NCBI GenBank assembly: GCA_907165135.1 | Contig: OU015566.1 | Location: 4,092,001 to 4,156,000, forward strand | DNA length: 64,000 bases | Direction of reading: 5' to 3' | From: Oikopleura dioica | Taxonomy: Eukaryota; Animalia; Chordata | Shown: positions 47,714-61,398 of the stretch, piece after piece | How positions within the stretch are numbered: position 1 is the first letter of the stretch | How the letters are laid out: every line of letters starts with the position of its first letter | Position numbers and translations under genes: made by a program | Notes under the pieces: model-generated | The model's input: only the letters and a program-made list of their open reading frames with translations | Told to the model about the DNA's origin: nothing | The model's database searches: none

Positions 47714-49328
47714 ATGTCGACCGTGAGTTTTTAACTTGATTCCGGCTTTTTAAACAAAATTCTAGAGAAGCGCTTCGAAAGAGAACCTCTACTCGGTGAT
47801 CAACCCTAACGATGATTCCCAAGAACTCCAGAGAAAGATCATCGCAGCTCGGCAACACTTGCAATTGCTGAAAAAGAACCAAATCGTTCTCGCAAGAACG
47901 AGAACTGTCAAGCGTCTGCTAGACAATGTCCGCTTGAGCAGCTCTAAAAACGTGACTGAGCACGCGCCAAAAGAGGATTTGGTGATTTATGCGAAGGAAT
48001 TGACGAATTTGAGGGATTCGATTGATGAGAAAACGAGAGAACTGGCGTATTCGCAAAATATTTTGACCGAGAAAGAGCGAATTCTTTATGAAAAAAGGAA
48101 GAGGCTCAAAATCGAACTTCTATTTTTTTTCATTTTCTCTCTTTTCCAAATTCTGAGCCTCAAAAGATGCCAGCTTGAAGAGCTCAAACTCCAAGCCGAG
48201 CACGATTTCGACCACTCCCAAAACCACGTCGCTGAGCACGCCAATCGCAACTCTCATCTTTCTCTCAAATGCAAGACCTTTTTTTTATCGAATCCAAATT
48301 GAAATTCTAGTGAGCAAAATTCAAAAGGCAATTGCAAAAATGAGAATCAGAGAAGTCGAAATTCGAAAAGAAATTGAGCTCAAACGAACTGAAATTGCTG
48401 AGTAAGAGATTTTTCTGATTTTTGAAAGCGCTAAAAACTGTGATTTTAGGAAGAAGCAGATTTCGAACACTGAAAGGGAGCAAAAAAAGCAAATTTTCGT
48501 AAGTTTTTTTTTTTGAAAAAAATCTTTCAAAGTGCTTAGCTTTTGGACAAATCCGGACTTGAGGAGCAAATAGCCGAAGCAAAAACTCTCCTTTTCCAGG
48601 TTTGAAATCAACGAGGAGTTTCCCCCGAAAAACCCCATTTTAGCTGACTGACCAAAAAGAATTCAGCAAATGGAAAGCTTCCCAACAAGCACTGCGAGAA
48701 AAACTCCTGGAAAAGAAAGAAGCCGAGGATGAATTTAACGATCCTCTCGAAGAAGAAAAAAATCGACTGCAGAAAATTGCTGATGAGCTTTCTCAGAACA
48801 TCGTGATTTCTGCTTCTTCTGAGGAGCATTCGACAATCCGTCGATTGGAAAGCTACAAAAAAAAGCTTTCGAGAGAAGTTCAAAAAGTCAATGTGAGTAG
48901 CGAAGCAAATGAAGAAAGGTTGAGTTTATTTTCAGTCATCGACGAAAATTGACTTGGAAAATAAAAACAGCGTCAAAGGAAGAATGCAGGAGCGATTCAG
49001 GTATAATGAGATTTGAAAAATATTCCTTTGGTTAACGAAGCTTGAGCTCAATTTTGCTTAGCCTTCGAATTAGCTTGACTAAGAAAATTTTCCGCTCAGC
49101 AAAGCTTTTCAGGCTAAGACAGCTGTGCAGATTTCTCGAAATAATCTAAGCTTTGAAAATCCAAGAAGCTGATCTTATTTTTAGCTTTTCTGAACTTAGC
49201 TTATTTTCGAAGAAAAATAAGCTCAACTGAGCTTAGCCTGAAGCTGTGCTGGAAAATGTCTGGAATTTTTTTTCAGAGATATGAAAATCGACAATGAAGA
49301 TAGCGACGAAGACACCACAACTGTCTGA
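47714..49328 (+). CDS. coiled-coil protein, tandem paralog 1
   Basis: NPNDDSQELQRKIIAARQHLQLLKKNQIVLARTRTVKRLL...QNHVAEHANRN; heptad-rich. Confidence 0.65.
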
Positions 49329-49537
49329 AAAACTTCTTCCTATTTATCGAATATTAATATGATCGAAATAACACACGATGAAACCGCTTTTAAAAGCCGC
49401 CTCTGAGTTCATTAATGATTATTTTTATTTTCACGATTATATGACCGCGATTTTTATTTCACATTTTACGACCTCCGCGATCAACTCCGGTCCTCGTGGT
49501 TTAATCTTCTCGCTTTTTCTGAGGAAGAGAAAAAAAA

Positions 49538-51018
49538 ATGTCAGAGAAAAGTCTTGATAAAGAGAACTTGTATTTTTCCGTCGATGGAATTTCCGTCGAC
49601 CCGCGGGATGATTCTGAAGAATTGAGGCGGAAAATTCTAGTGGCGAGGGAGAAACTGCAGGAATTGAAGACGAATAGGATTGTTTTGGCGAGAACAAGAG
49701 CTGTGAAACGAATTCTAGGGCCGAGTTCAAAATGACTTCCAAAAAATTCAAATTTTTTGTCCACATTTTTCCCCAAATTTTTTTTCCCGAAAATTTCCCG
49801 ATTTTTTTCCCAAATTTTTTTTTCCTTAAATTTTTTCCCAAAAATTTTCCAATTTTTTCCCCAAAATTTTTTTCCCAAAATTTTTCCCCAAATTTTTTTC
49901 CCCATTTGAACATACTTAAAAGACAATGTCCGACTTACGGCCTCAGAAAACGTCACCGGCTACGAGGAGCGCGACAAACTCATCGACCAGGCTCGAGAAA
50001 TCACGAATCTGCGAGACAGCATCGACGAAAAAACTCGCGAGCTCGCTCATTCGCAGCAGATCCTGTCGCAAAAGGACCGAGTTCTTTACGATCGAAGAGT
50101 TCAGCTGGAAGAGCTGCGATTGAAGGCGGAGCAGGATTTTGATTTTTCGCAAAATCATGTGGCAGAGCATGCGAATAGAAATGCCAATCTTTCGCTCAAA
50201 TGTAACTAATGAAGAAATTCTTGAATAACCTTTTTCAGTGAGGAAGATCCAAAAAGCCATCGTCAAATTGCGATCGAGAAAGATTCTCATCCAAACAGAA
50301 ATTGAAGAAAAACGGGAAGAAAACACGCTCAAGCAGATGAAAATCAAGAAAGAAACGACTGAAGCAAAAATCAAATTTGTGAGTCTCAGATTCGACTGAT
50401 TTTTTTCTGCTTATTTTTCATCTTGCATTTTTAGGACGCGTCTAGAGCTGATCATCAAAAAGAGATCGAGGCTCTCAAAAAAGAACTCTTTAAGGTAATC
50501 TTCTTCCATGATTTCGATGCTTGATAATTCTCGTTTTTAGATCATCAATTCGGCCAACTTCGAAAACTGGACCAATAAGCAAAAAGCCACCATTGAAGAT
50601 TTGAAGCTAAAACGGGATTTGGAAGACAAGGAAAACGACGTCTTCGAGGTTGAGAAAAACCGACTAGAACAAGAACTGGCCTCATTGACTGGCTCGCAAG
50701 AAGTCAGCTTCTCTGATCAGCGAAAAATTGGAAATTTGAGAAAGAAAAAGGCAGAGCTTCAAGAAAAATTGGCAAAACTTGAGGTGAGATCAAGTTGAAA
50801 GGACGCTTTTTCTGATGGAAATTTTGTAGAGTGGCATTGATGTTGACCTCAACAATAAGAATCAAGTCAATAAAAAACCAAGGAATGTTATATATATTCC
50901 GAAATATGGCAATTGACTTGAATCACAATGATTCCGTTGACAAAGAGAAAATAACATTTATAAAAGCTTGAATATCGCAGTCGACCAAGAAGACGAGGAC
51001 GAAGAGGTTGATGCTTAA
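49538..51018 (+). CDS. coiled-coil protein, tandem paralog 2
   Basis: DPRDDSEELRRKILVAREKLQELKTNRIVLARTRAVKRIL...QNHVAEHANRN; clear paralog of the preceding gene. Confidence 0.65.
49740..49905. repeat. low-complexity (tttttcccaaaa) array inside a paralog-specific intron
   Basis: Direct inspection. Confidence 0.75.
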
Positions 51019-51236
51019 GAAAACTGAAGTCGCTTAAAAATCATCCCCGTTCGCATCAAATGATTCATTTGATGGAATGTCGAAACATCAACAAAAAACG
51101 CTTGCATGATCTCATCTTTCCCCTAATTTTCCCTTCATGATGAATATGTTTATTCATTTTGATGTTTGCTGTTAGCTCCGATTCTTGCTCGTAGCCTTCT
51201 TTATCGTTCCAAAGAAAATATCATGCTTATTTCTAG

Positions 51237-52360
51237 TTGAATTTCGCGGATTCGATTGAAGTTGAAACAGCACCGATTTTCAACATCCAAGCACCAACCT
51301 TGGTTCAAAGCGCGCCCCTAATTGATGATCATTCTCATCTTCCGATCTCTGAACCTCCAGAAACGCCACCACCTCAAGATCTCGAGCTGCGTTTCGCAAC
51401 TTCTTCTAAGCATGTTCAAAGCGCTCCCCAAAGCCAATCCCGCACTAGGACGATCAATCAAGGGTTCGGAAACTCTGGCCAGAATTTTTCAAAATCCTCG
51501 ACTTCCCAGAACATCAAGCAGTCTTCGAATGGCGGATTCACAAAGACGACTTACTCCAGCAACTCGAAATCGTTTGCTTCTCCGATTCCCGCTGCGAGAA
51601 AAAATTATTCAAGCGAAGGAAATTCAAAACCAGAGAGTTCTTCGAGTCGCTTTGAATTGGCCGGCTTTGATTTTTCGAATAGTAGATCTAAGTCAGGTAA
51701 TTTTCACTTTCGAAAATTTCGTCTAAAGTTTGAGAAGCAGTATCAAAATATAGAAGATCTATGAAATTTATCATAGCAATAAAGCGATTAAATTTGACTG
51801 TGAGAAAATTTGAAAAGTATTTATGGTTTTTGAAAAATCTTAAACTTTTCAGGATTCACCAATTGGGAGTCAAATCAGCCGCTAAAATCCTCAGGAAAAG
51901 CAACAACTATCCATTCTGGTGGAAACTCTTCTCACTCAAGCCACTCTGGCGGAGGAATCTCAAGGTCTTCATCAAGATTTGGCGGCTCGAATATCATGTC
52001 AACGACGAGAAACTATCAAGATGGCACTGAAATCACCGTGTCCAAGGGCGAGAATCTCAATTCATCCCCATCAAAATCCTCGTAAGAATTTTTCTGCTTT
52101 TCTTATCTCTAGAAATTCTTCTAGAAAGGGACGATCAAGGATCGATGATTCGGCCTACGGGACAATAAGTCGGGCTTACAATGAAACAACTCATCCCTCG
52201 AATTCTTCAAGACGATTTCTTCAATCTGATCGACCAATTATGTAAGTTTCCATTAAAAAAGGAGATCTTTCAAGCCATTTTTCTGATGTTTATTTCTCTC
52301 TTTTTCAGGTCTCCTGATAATTTCAACGATGAAATAATGAGAACTGCTCGACGATATTGA
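51237..52360 (+). CDS. hypothetical Ser/Gly-rich low-complexity protein
   Basis: 175-codon ORF plus downstream spliced exons; start uncertain; no recognised domain. Confidence 0.4.
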
Positions 52361-52462
52361 ACTCGATTGAATGAATGGTATCTTTGCATGTTTCTTAATT
52401 TCTTGATATAAAACAGGATAGAATTGAAGATTAAATAAATTGCACGCTTTTGAGAAAAAATT

Positions 52463-54956
52463 CTAAATTTTGCTCTCTTCGTTGATTTTTTCAATCGTCC
52501 CATCCGCCAAGAAGATTGTTTTCAATATCAACTGTGTATCCAAATGCTTCGAGGTCCATTTCATATCTTTTGACTTTCAAACGGGATTTTTCCTGATAAT
52601 GTTTAAAAAAAATAAGGAAGAAGGCCCCGTTCCTAGACCAGTTAAATCTTCGCGGCTGAGTGCACTCAGCTGCTCTTTTAGTTTATCACTTCTTATTTCT
52701 TTCGAAATGCCGCCGAGAGTTGAGCCTCGTTGGACAAAGCCTTCCCAGGGCTTGATGTCGTACCCTGCTTTTCGGAGGACATAGTTGGCTTCTTCGTTCA
52801 TAAATTCAGTTTTTATGATGTTGTCGTATTTGTAATTACAGGCTTTTCAGGGTCAATAATCCTTTTTCTAAGAAAAGCTCGAAAACGAGAATCTCGAAAA
52901 TCTCGAAAATCTCGAAAACGAGAATCTCGAAAATCTCGAAAAATGAGAATCTCGAAAATCTCGAAAAACGAGAATTTCGAAAATTTCGAAAAACGAGAAT
53001 CTCGTAAATCTCGTAAATCTCGAAAAACAATAATCTCGAAAATCTCGAAAAACTCGAAAAACGCCCTTCGTGTATTTTTGGACCGATTCCTTGACAAGCA
53101 TGAAACTGAGGTCTGAAATGAGAATTGAAAGTTGACGATTTTGGAATCATCGAGCCAATAAAATGCCCGAAATCAGCGAAAGTAATTGTCATATCATCAT
53201 CAGTACTTTCTTCATGAGCCTGGTTTCGCTCGCGGAGATAGCCAGATTTTTTCAAGAGCTTGAAATGAAGAGGATCGGCTTTTTTGAACTTTTGTCTGAA
53301 GCCCGAGTAGAATCTTAAAAATTTAGATGGCAGATTTTTTACTGCAAAATTACCTGAAAAGAGGATGCCGGACAACAAGAAATCGCGTTGCATCGTCGCC
53401 GGCAATGAGCTGCGGGCCAACTGATGGACCGATTGCACCAACTGAGCGAAGCGCTGCGCCCATCGAATGACTTTCCGAGTTCGGATATTTTTGTGAGGTC
53501 TCTCATTCAGCTTTTTCAGCGTTTTTTCAAAGAGAAAACAACTTCCTTTCATCTCAAAGAAAAAGCCCTCCCTGCCAATAGATCCAGCTCGTACAGCCGG
53601 CTTTTAGCGGCACACAGCCCAGTAATTTATGCTCAGCGTCTCCAACGTAAAAGTGGCGATTCCTTGTTTTCCATTCTCGCATGTCGTTGATTTCTTTTTC
53701 TCGGCAATATGCTTCAAGCCGCTGTTTTCTTTTTCGAAATCGTTCTTCTATTTTTCTGTCGTTCTGAGAAAATAGGGTCGAAAATTGAAAAATTGCAAAA
53801 AATTTTAACTTTTATATCAAAAAAAAAATTCACGAGCGAACAAAGAGCAAGATTGACGTTCGAACAAGCTTAAAAAGAGAAAAGAGTTTCGCACTTGATT
53901 TGAACACGTGACGTGCTCAGCTTGAATTTTCGATCGCGTTAGAATTCGATTATTTTAGGATCGATTCGGGAATAAAACAGATTTTATTCACCTTTCGTAC
54001 CTTTTCCCAGAACTTCGGGTCCGTGATGATTTCGGCTGGCGCTTCATCCTTTTCAGATGAATTTTCGGATGAGTCATTTTCGGACAGATCGACTTCTTCG
54101 TCGTAGATATTTTCTTCTGTAAAAATGTCGAATAGCCCAAAGCGGGAAAAATCAGGAACCGGCACTGTCTGAATAGAGATAAAAGACCTCTTTTTTTAAT
54201 CCGAATTCTAGCGGGAAAAAAGCGAATAAATGACAGGTTTTTGTCACTTGCGGAATAATTTGGATTTATGGGGGAATTGAGCTGTCTCGACTCAAACGGC
54301 AGATAATCCTAAAGACTCTGTAATTTTGAGATTTTTTATCAAAATTTATAACTTATTATTTTATAAATAAGCAGGGAGATACCCATTTTTAATTTACAAA
54401 ATTTGCAAAGAGATACCCTTATTTTAATTTTAAAAAATTAGCAAAGAGATACCCTTATTTTACTTTAAAAAATAAGCATAGAAATACCCTTATTTTTATA
54501 AAAAATTTTGCAAGGAGAATAAATTTGCAAAGAGATACCCTTATTATAATTTTAAAAAATTAGCAAACAGATACCCTTATTATAATTTAAGAAATTAGCA
54601 AAAAGATACCCTTATTTTCAATAAAAAAATAAGCAAAGAAATACCCTTATATCAATAAAAAAATTGCGAAGAGATACCCTTATTTTACTTTAAAAAATAA
54701 GCATAGAAATACCCTTATTTTTATAAAAAATATAAACAGCAAAGTTAAGAGAACAGCTATTTTTTCGATAAAATAAGGGAATCAACGCATTCAAAAAATT
54801 TTGCCTGCTTTTCTTAAAATTGAGGTCATTTTCCTTTTTTACCTGTTTGACCCAAGTTTTGATGAATTTCTGATGTTCAACAAATCCAATCGTTGAAAAA
54901 GTCACCAAAACAACAACAGTCGAAAACGGCAAGTTTCTTAGTCCCCTAATAAACAT
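52463..54956 (-). CDS. type II Golgi carbohydrate sulfotransferase (Sulfotransfer_2, CHST8-14-like)
   Basis: N-terminal TM (FSTVVVLVTFSTIGFV), acidic stem, 5'-PSB-like HKLLGCVPLKAGCTSW, 3'-PB-like RFYSGFRQKF, NSHFRPQFHAC..CNYKYD. Confidence 0.7.
52876..53061. repeat. 9-bp-based tandem repeat (ctcgaaaat) in sulfotransferase intron
   Basis: Direct inspection. Confidence 0.85.
54366..54725. repeat. ~37-39-bp tandem repeat (agcaaagagatacccttatttt...), ~10 degenerate copies
   Basis: Direct inspection; intronic. Confidence 0.8.
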
Positions 54957-55359
54957 TCTCTACAACTTCTATTTCTTCATTTATTTTCTCTCGAGAAGCT
55001 TGAAATTCTTCAAATTCTGATCAACGCTGAAGAAGCTGAGTTGAACCTGCGCGGAAGCAAGTGGAGCTGGGTGCGCTCTTAGGCGCCACGCTGGAGGCTG
55101 AGAGCTGACAAGGTGGATTCGAGTAACGTGAAGTTATTTTTCCGGACACATACAAATTTTCTACTGATTATAAATATTAGTTCCCAAGCTGAGGTTTAAT
55201 GTCGCTGGGCTGTCAAAATCAAACACAGATTTTAGCGACCAGAAAATAACAGCTTTTCATTCATTGCTTCGAAAAAAAGAATAACAAAGTGACACCCTTA
55301 GCACTTTGTTTTTTTGAAGGATTTGTAATGAAGCGGTGAGTCGAAATGTGTTCCAATTT

Positions 55360-55710
55360 TTAAGAGGTAGATATCAAGAATCGGCATTTTCCGTCAGACT
55401 TTCCTCTCAAAGTTAAAGTAGTGACACTCTTATTTAACTTTAGAAACAAAACTTTAAGACCTTTATTCATTTCCTATGGAAGCCGAAATTTCGAATTTCA
55501 AAGAATTTTGTACCAAAATTTGACGTTAAAGATCGCTTTTTTTCCGAAAATGGTCATTTTAGAGAAGAAGAAATCAAAAATTTTGGCTTCCACAGGAAAA
55601 AGATAGATACTTGAAATTAATTTTTAGCAGAAAAAATAAGGGGGTCACTATGTTAAAAATATGAAAAAAACACTGACAGAAAACCCAATTCTTGATATCT
55701 ACCCCCTTAA
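55360..55710. mobile_element. TTAA-flanked MITE (ggtagatatcaagaat TIR) with inner inverted pair tagtgac...gtcacta (~55419-55650)
   Basis: ttaagaggtagatatcaagaat...attcttgatatctacccccttaa; ends related to element 42708-43103. Confidence 0.7.
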
Positions 55711-57090
55711 GCAAAGCTGAATTGAACGCATTTTAATCCATTGCAGGTTTTTAAACAACCCAGTTTTATTTAACAAAAGCGTTTGGAAAGGATCAATAGT
55801 ATGGTGATTGTAAATATTTAAAGATTACCGAAAGCGAAATGCTCTTGACTGAAGAGTACAAAAGCCAGCGTTCAAATCTAATTTTCGTGACCGGCAATTT
55901 AAAGCAATTCGTTCTGGCTACCTGCGGTTGGCATTTTACCGGCGTACAAAATCGGCGAAGCGCGTCTTAGCAATTTCTCTGACCTATCAGCATTGTTAAC
56001 AAAGACGCAAGGAGCAAATTTGACTGAGCGGAAAAAATTGTTCAGATTCTGTTTTTTCATTGAATTGAATTTATGGCTGTTTATTTGAATTTTTTAATAT
56101 TCAGATTTTGGAGAAAAAAATTTTCACAGCTATTTTTATCGCTTTTTTGATAAAGCAGCTGATTCAAATTTCTATTGAAAAGAGGCCTTCTTTCGAAGAG
56201 TTTTTGCTGAAATCAAATGTCTTTGAGCAAAACAGCTCAATCATCAGAATCCTGAAATATTAAAATCGTCTTCCTTGATTTCGAAATTGAAAAAATAAAG
56301 CCGGAGACACTGTAGATTCGGCGGTTTTTACAGCTCTTTTGCGTGAATCACTGATTATTCTGCATAATTAAACGGCCTTGAATTTAAAAGAAGCGGTCAG
56401 AACTTTAAAGAATCAAAAAATCGTTCAATTCAGTAAGAAATTGACAGAATGAAGATTTTTAAGAGTTTAGCGATTTTAGGAACGGGATCATTACTGACTA
56501 AAAAAAGAGGACAAGAAATAAATTCACAGAAAATGAGACAATTTGACCAAAATTTTAACATCATGTTTGGCAAAATTTTAGACCAATCAGAAGCCCTCCT
56601 GAACGAGAATTTCTGATTGATCAAAAATTTGGCCAAAATTTCGGTCAAAATTGTGGCATTTTTTATCAAATCTTGCCCCTTAATCTTAATCCCAGTAAAA
56701 GTAACTGTATCAGCAATTGACTTGAATGACTACAGAATCGACAAGAGAGACTTGGTAAGAGTTCTTTTATTTTTTCAATGATTAAGAAATTTTCAGCTCG
56801 AAAAGATTTGGAGAAGAGGGAACGACAATCAAATGGACGTCTGGGAAAACTTTTATAAATCGCTTGGATTCTGACAATTATGTTAAAAAAATAAATTCTC
56901 TTTCTTTTTTTTTTATCGAACAAGTGGGATTTGATAATCTATTTTTAACTGACAAGTTCTACTTTTTGAAAGTCCGGATCTCTCGATTCTGAACTTTTAT
57001 CGATCGTTTTATTATTTGATACTGGCAAACAGAAGCAAATTTCTCACAGTTTTTCGCGTTAAAATCTTGTCCCGATCGGAAAGAGAGGAA

Positions 57091-59205
57091 ATGATCAAGG
57101 CAATACTGAGTTATTATAAATTGTTTTTGTTTGTTTTTCTACCGCTGTTGTTGCTGCCGCTTGCGCTGGTTCTGGAAGGCGAGGAGGATGGGATTGATTT
57201 TCGAAAGCTTGGGCAGTTTAGGTAGGATCAAAAATGAAGGACGGAAAAATAAGGGTGCCTCTCTCTTATTCAGCTACATGCTTGTCATTGTCGCATCTTT
57301 CTGGATCTTCGACGTCCTCCCTTTGGCCGTCACCGCCCTCATCCCCTACATCATCCTCCCTAGCTTTGGAATGATCAGCTCTTCCATCATCGCATCAAAA
57401 TACATGTCGAATGTGAACTTCCTCCTTATGGGCGGATTCATGCTCGCAATTGCGATCGAAGAATCAAATCTGCACAAACGCATTGCTCTTGGAACCCTGA
57501 TGCATATTGGCTCGAATCCGAGAGCGTTGATGTTTGGCTTTATGCTCGTCACGTGGTTGCTTTCGATGTGCATTACAAATACGTCAACGACGGCGTTGAT
57601 GATTCCAATCGTGATCAGCGTTCTTGAGCAGTTGAAAGAAACGCAAAAAGGGGAGATCTCAGAAGAGGCAGACAAAGAAGCTGGTGATAGTCATGAAGAC
57701 AAAGAGGAGAAAATCACAGGCTTTGATAAAATCAGCCTAGATTCAACGGTAAATACCTTCGACCCTATCTTTGAATAAAAATTTTTTAGTGCTCGGAAAC
57801 TTTGCCAAGCGAAAAACCAACTCGACTTGAAATCTACCTCCTCCTCTGCGTCCCATTTTCAGCCAACATCGGCGGCCTTGCAACCCTAACCGGGACCGAC
57901 TTGAACGTCTACCTCGCCGGCTACTACCGCGAGTTCTACGAAGAATACGCGGATGTAGATGGAAATGATTATTTCGACTTGACTTATGCAAACTGGGCAA
58001 AGTATTCCATGGTCCAGTCGTTGACCGTTTTTCTTCTTTCTTTTTTCTGGCTCCAGGGGCTCGGATTTGGCTGGAACCCGAAAGACTGGCTCAATTGCAA
58101 AAATAGTCCAGAAGCGAATCAGGTCATCAGAGACGAGTACAAAAAACTCGGCCCGATGAAACAGGCAGAATACTTGTCCCTGATCTGTTTCGTCACTACA
58201 GTCATTCTCTGGATCTCACGTGACCCTTCAGAAGACGCGAGCGGGTGGGCTGAACTCTTCCCGGTTCCGAATTGGATGACTGATGGGATGGCTGTAATTA
58301 TCATCGCTATTTTCTTGTTCATTTTGCCAAAGGGAAAATCTGGCCTGTTTTGTATGTTTTCGAAGAATATCAAGATTGAAGATGGACCGGCAGAGGGAAT
58401 ACTGAACTGGGAAATTGTGCAAAGAAAATGCGCCTGGGGCGTGTTGATTCTCATGGGCGGCGGTTTCGCAATTGCTCTTGCGTCAGATGAGTCGGGCTTT
58501 TCAGAATTTATCGCCAATGGGAACGGTTTCAAGAGAGCTCCAGATGTCTTTAGCAAAAGGAACACTATTTTGAAACCGGAAAAAGGCTAGCAAAAATAAC
58601 TGATGGTTGGGATGCATGGGCAATTTGCCTGTTATGCTCAGTAATTGCAGCTTTATTCACGGAAATCACGTCGAATACAGCTGCGAATGCTCTGTTTATG
58701 CCTCTGCTGAATAAACTGGCGCTGAAGATCTGCATTCATCCTCTCTATCTGATGATTCCCAGTTGTATGGCTTGTTCTTTGTCATTTATGCTTCCAGGAA
58801 AAGCTTTGATGGTATAAATTTTGTAATTTTTGTTCTGTTTTATGGAAGCTTTGAAGCGGCAACTGCTCCAAATGCGATTGCCTTTGGAAATGGAAAACTA
58901 AAAACGACAAACTCGGTAGATTTGGACTAATAAATGAATTCATCATTTTTTAAGGCACTTGCTGGATTTATGCCGAAAATATTAGGGATTTTGGTGCTCA
59001 ATACATTTGTTATATTCTTTGGACCACTCGTTTATAAAACAGATAAGTAAGTTAATTTTAAATTAATCAATGAGAAAAATAAAGTGGAAAAGTAATCGCT
59101 ATAATTTGGACTTTTAGCTTCCCTTGTTTCGGAATTCCGTACGCGCCTGAATGTAAAGATCCTATAATTCATCAAAACTGCCCTTATTTCAATAAATTAT
59201 TTTAA
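57091..59205 (+). CDS. SLC13 Na+/sulfate or Na+/carboxylate cotransporter
   Basis: LPLAVTALIP, AIEESNLHKRIAL, SMCITNTSTTALMIPI, SANIGGLATLTGT, WGVLILMGGGFAIA, TEITSNTA, SFMLPAATAPNAIAF. Confidence 0.92.
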
Positions 59206-59451
59206 ACATCAGTTTTTATTTCCATCAAATAATCTTGTGAGCTAGCAGGTGAAAAAGAAAAACCTTCTAAAAGAAGGATTCTCCTCATTTTCTTCAAATG
59301 TTACGCAGGATCAAATAAGAAACTTGCATATGCTTGAGTGCACTCAATTTCGACTCTCACTCTCTTCGCACACTGACTCAAGAGATAAATTCTTATATTT
59401 TATCAGGCTGACTTTGTTTTGACCAAAAAATAATTCACATACTTATTAGAT

Positions 59452-61325
59452 ATGAGATCGATTTTGATATTTCTAGTAGTTTTTGTGATCTCATCTTCGG
59501 CAGAGAAGATCAAAAGTCACCAGAAATACCCATCAGACGTTCAAGACGATGTGCTTTTCCAAGGACTACAAATGGGAATCCACAGAGATAACTACTCTTG
59601 CCCGTAAGGTTTTTTGATGAGTAGAAATATTGATCTCTATGTAAAAGCGACTACGATCTTGGTTCTCTGTGCGACACTGATTGCAGGGTTGACTATATCG
59701 GATGTAGACAGGAATGCTCGGAGATCGTTTGCGAGAAGTAATAACTGAGATTGAGAATCAAGATAATGTATATTTTAGTGAATGCGTTATCATTTATGGT
59801 GAATGCCTGTCGGACTGGTAAAAATCTATTTTTTGACCAAAAATGATTTTTAAAGCCCATGTGGCGTCAACTGCCCTATTGGTTGCGAGAATTGCCCTCA
59901 TCCACTTTGCGTTCCAAGTCCCTGTGATGATTTGGAAAATAATTTGGACTTTCAAAGATGCAAAAATATCAATCAAAATGTAGACTCAACAATAGTAAAA
60001 CCTTAGCTTACATTTTTAAGGAGCTCAATTGGTGTATTGACGACTGTAAAAATTCTCAATATGATTGCTATGAGATTTGTACAGATAAATTTCTTGCATC
60101 GATGAAAAATTGCCCTTGCTATGAAGGCTGCCCTCAAGGCTGTCCATTTTGCTCGGATTATCAAGTATGTTTTAGTCGACCAAAAGATAGATTAAAAGGA
60201 AATTGCCTACATATTCGTATTCTAGTGCGAAGGCGACGGCTTCGTTGTTATTAATCAAATACGGAGCTACCAACTTAGTCTTGACGGTGATTCATACTCA
60301 AGAGAATTCCTCTATCCAACCGAAGACTCATCTTATGTCTACCAGGCCGCTCATGCTTTTTTTCAGGGCAATTTTTATATTTTCGGGGGGCAGAGTGACA
60401 CTAAAAAGGTTAGAATAATTCTTTATATTTAACTCAAGTCAATTTATAAGATTGCTGTCTTAAATGGATGCGCTTTTGAGGAGCTATCGACTCGTTTGAC
60501 ATACAGGACAAATTCCAAATAGACATTTATTAAAAGAATTTAATTTCAATTCACGCAAATAAATGAAAAAAAACATATTTATGAAATTTGAAAGTCACTC
60601 ATGGGGAAACTCCGCAGTCGTGCTTCCTAACTCCTCAAAGGTTCTTCTTTGCTTTTCACAAGAACTTGACTATAAAGGATGCATGAATTTCGATGGAACA
60701 TCTGTTGGTGTTGAATCTTACAGAACAAGTCACTTACACTTTATGGGATGCGTCGGAAATTATCGATCAACGATTCTTGGTAAAATAACTTATCACACTC
60801 CTTTTTTATAAATTTGTATAGCCGTTGGATCGAATCATAGTGATGGACAGGGTAAATATGTGGACATTAGGGATGCGAACTCAGGCTCATGGTCAACAAC
60901 AACTAATTTTCCATATGAGGGGTAATCAAGCCACAATGAATTCTACCTAGTTTTTTTCTTATTTAGTTATACTGAAGCAAACTTTTGTCTCGGAGTAGAA
61001 GATGCGATGCTGTCAATAGGCGGTTACTCCGTGACAACAGCAGTGTACATGTATCGTGATGCTAGATGGACGAATCTTGGCTCTATGAATAATGTACGTT
61101 TTGCTTTAAGAGTTTCATTAATCTTTAATTTATAAGGATCATTATATGTCACCCTCGATCATGTTCAATAATGAAATCTATTCTGTTGGGAGATACGCCG
61201 TTGAAAAATTTCAAATTGATGTCAGCAATAACGTCATGACGACTCCTACAATCTTTTATGAGGGAAGCGGAAGCGATGAACCGGGATCGCTTTTATTTGA
61301 AAGCATCTACAATTCCTGTACTTAG
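59452..61325 (+). CDS. secreted protein with Cys-rich repeats and kelch-like beta-propeller region
   Basis: Signal peptide MRSILIFLVVFVISSSA; CPCGVNCPIGCENC and CPCYEGCPQGCPFC repeats; YIFGG, SIGG and YSVG kelch-like blades. Confidence 0.6.
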
Positions 61326-61398
61326 TGAACTTTTCCTTTTTTTGCTGCGAAAAGTCCTTATAAATTATAAGTTATAATAACAAATTGATTATCATCAT

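Noticed and set aside
49437-49956. Lys/Phe/Gly-rich ORFs (also 52813-53101)
   Set aside because: Read-through of intronic low-complexity tandem repeats.
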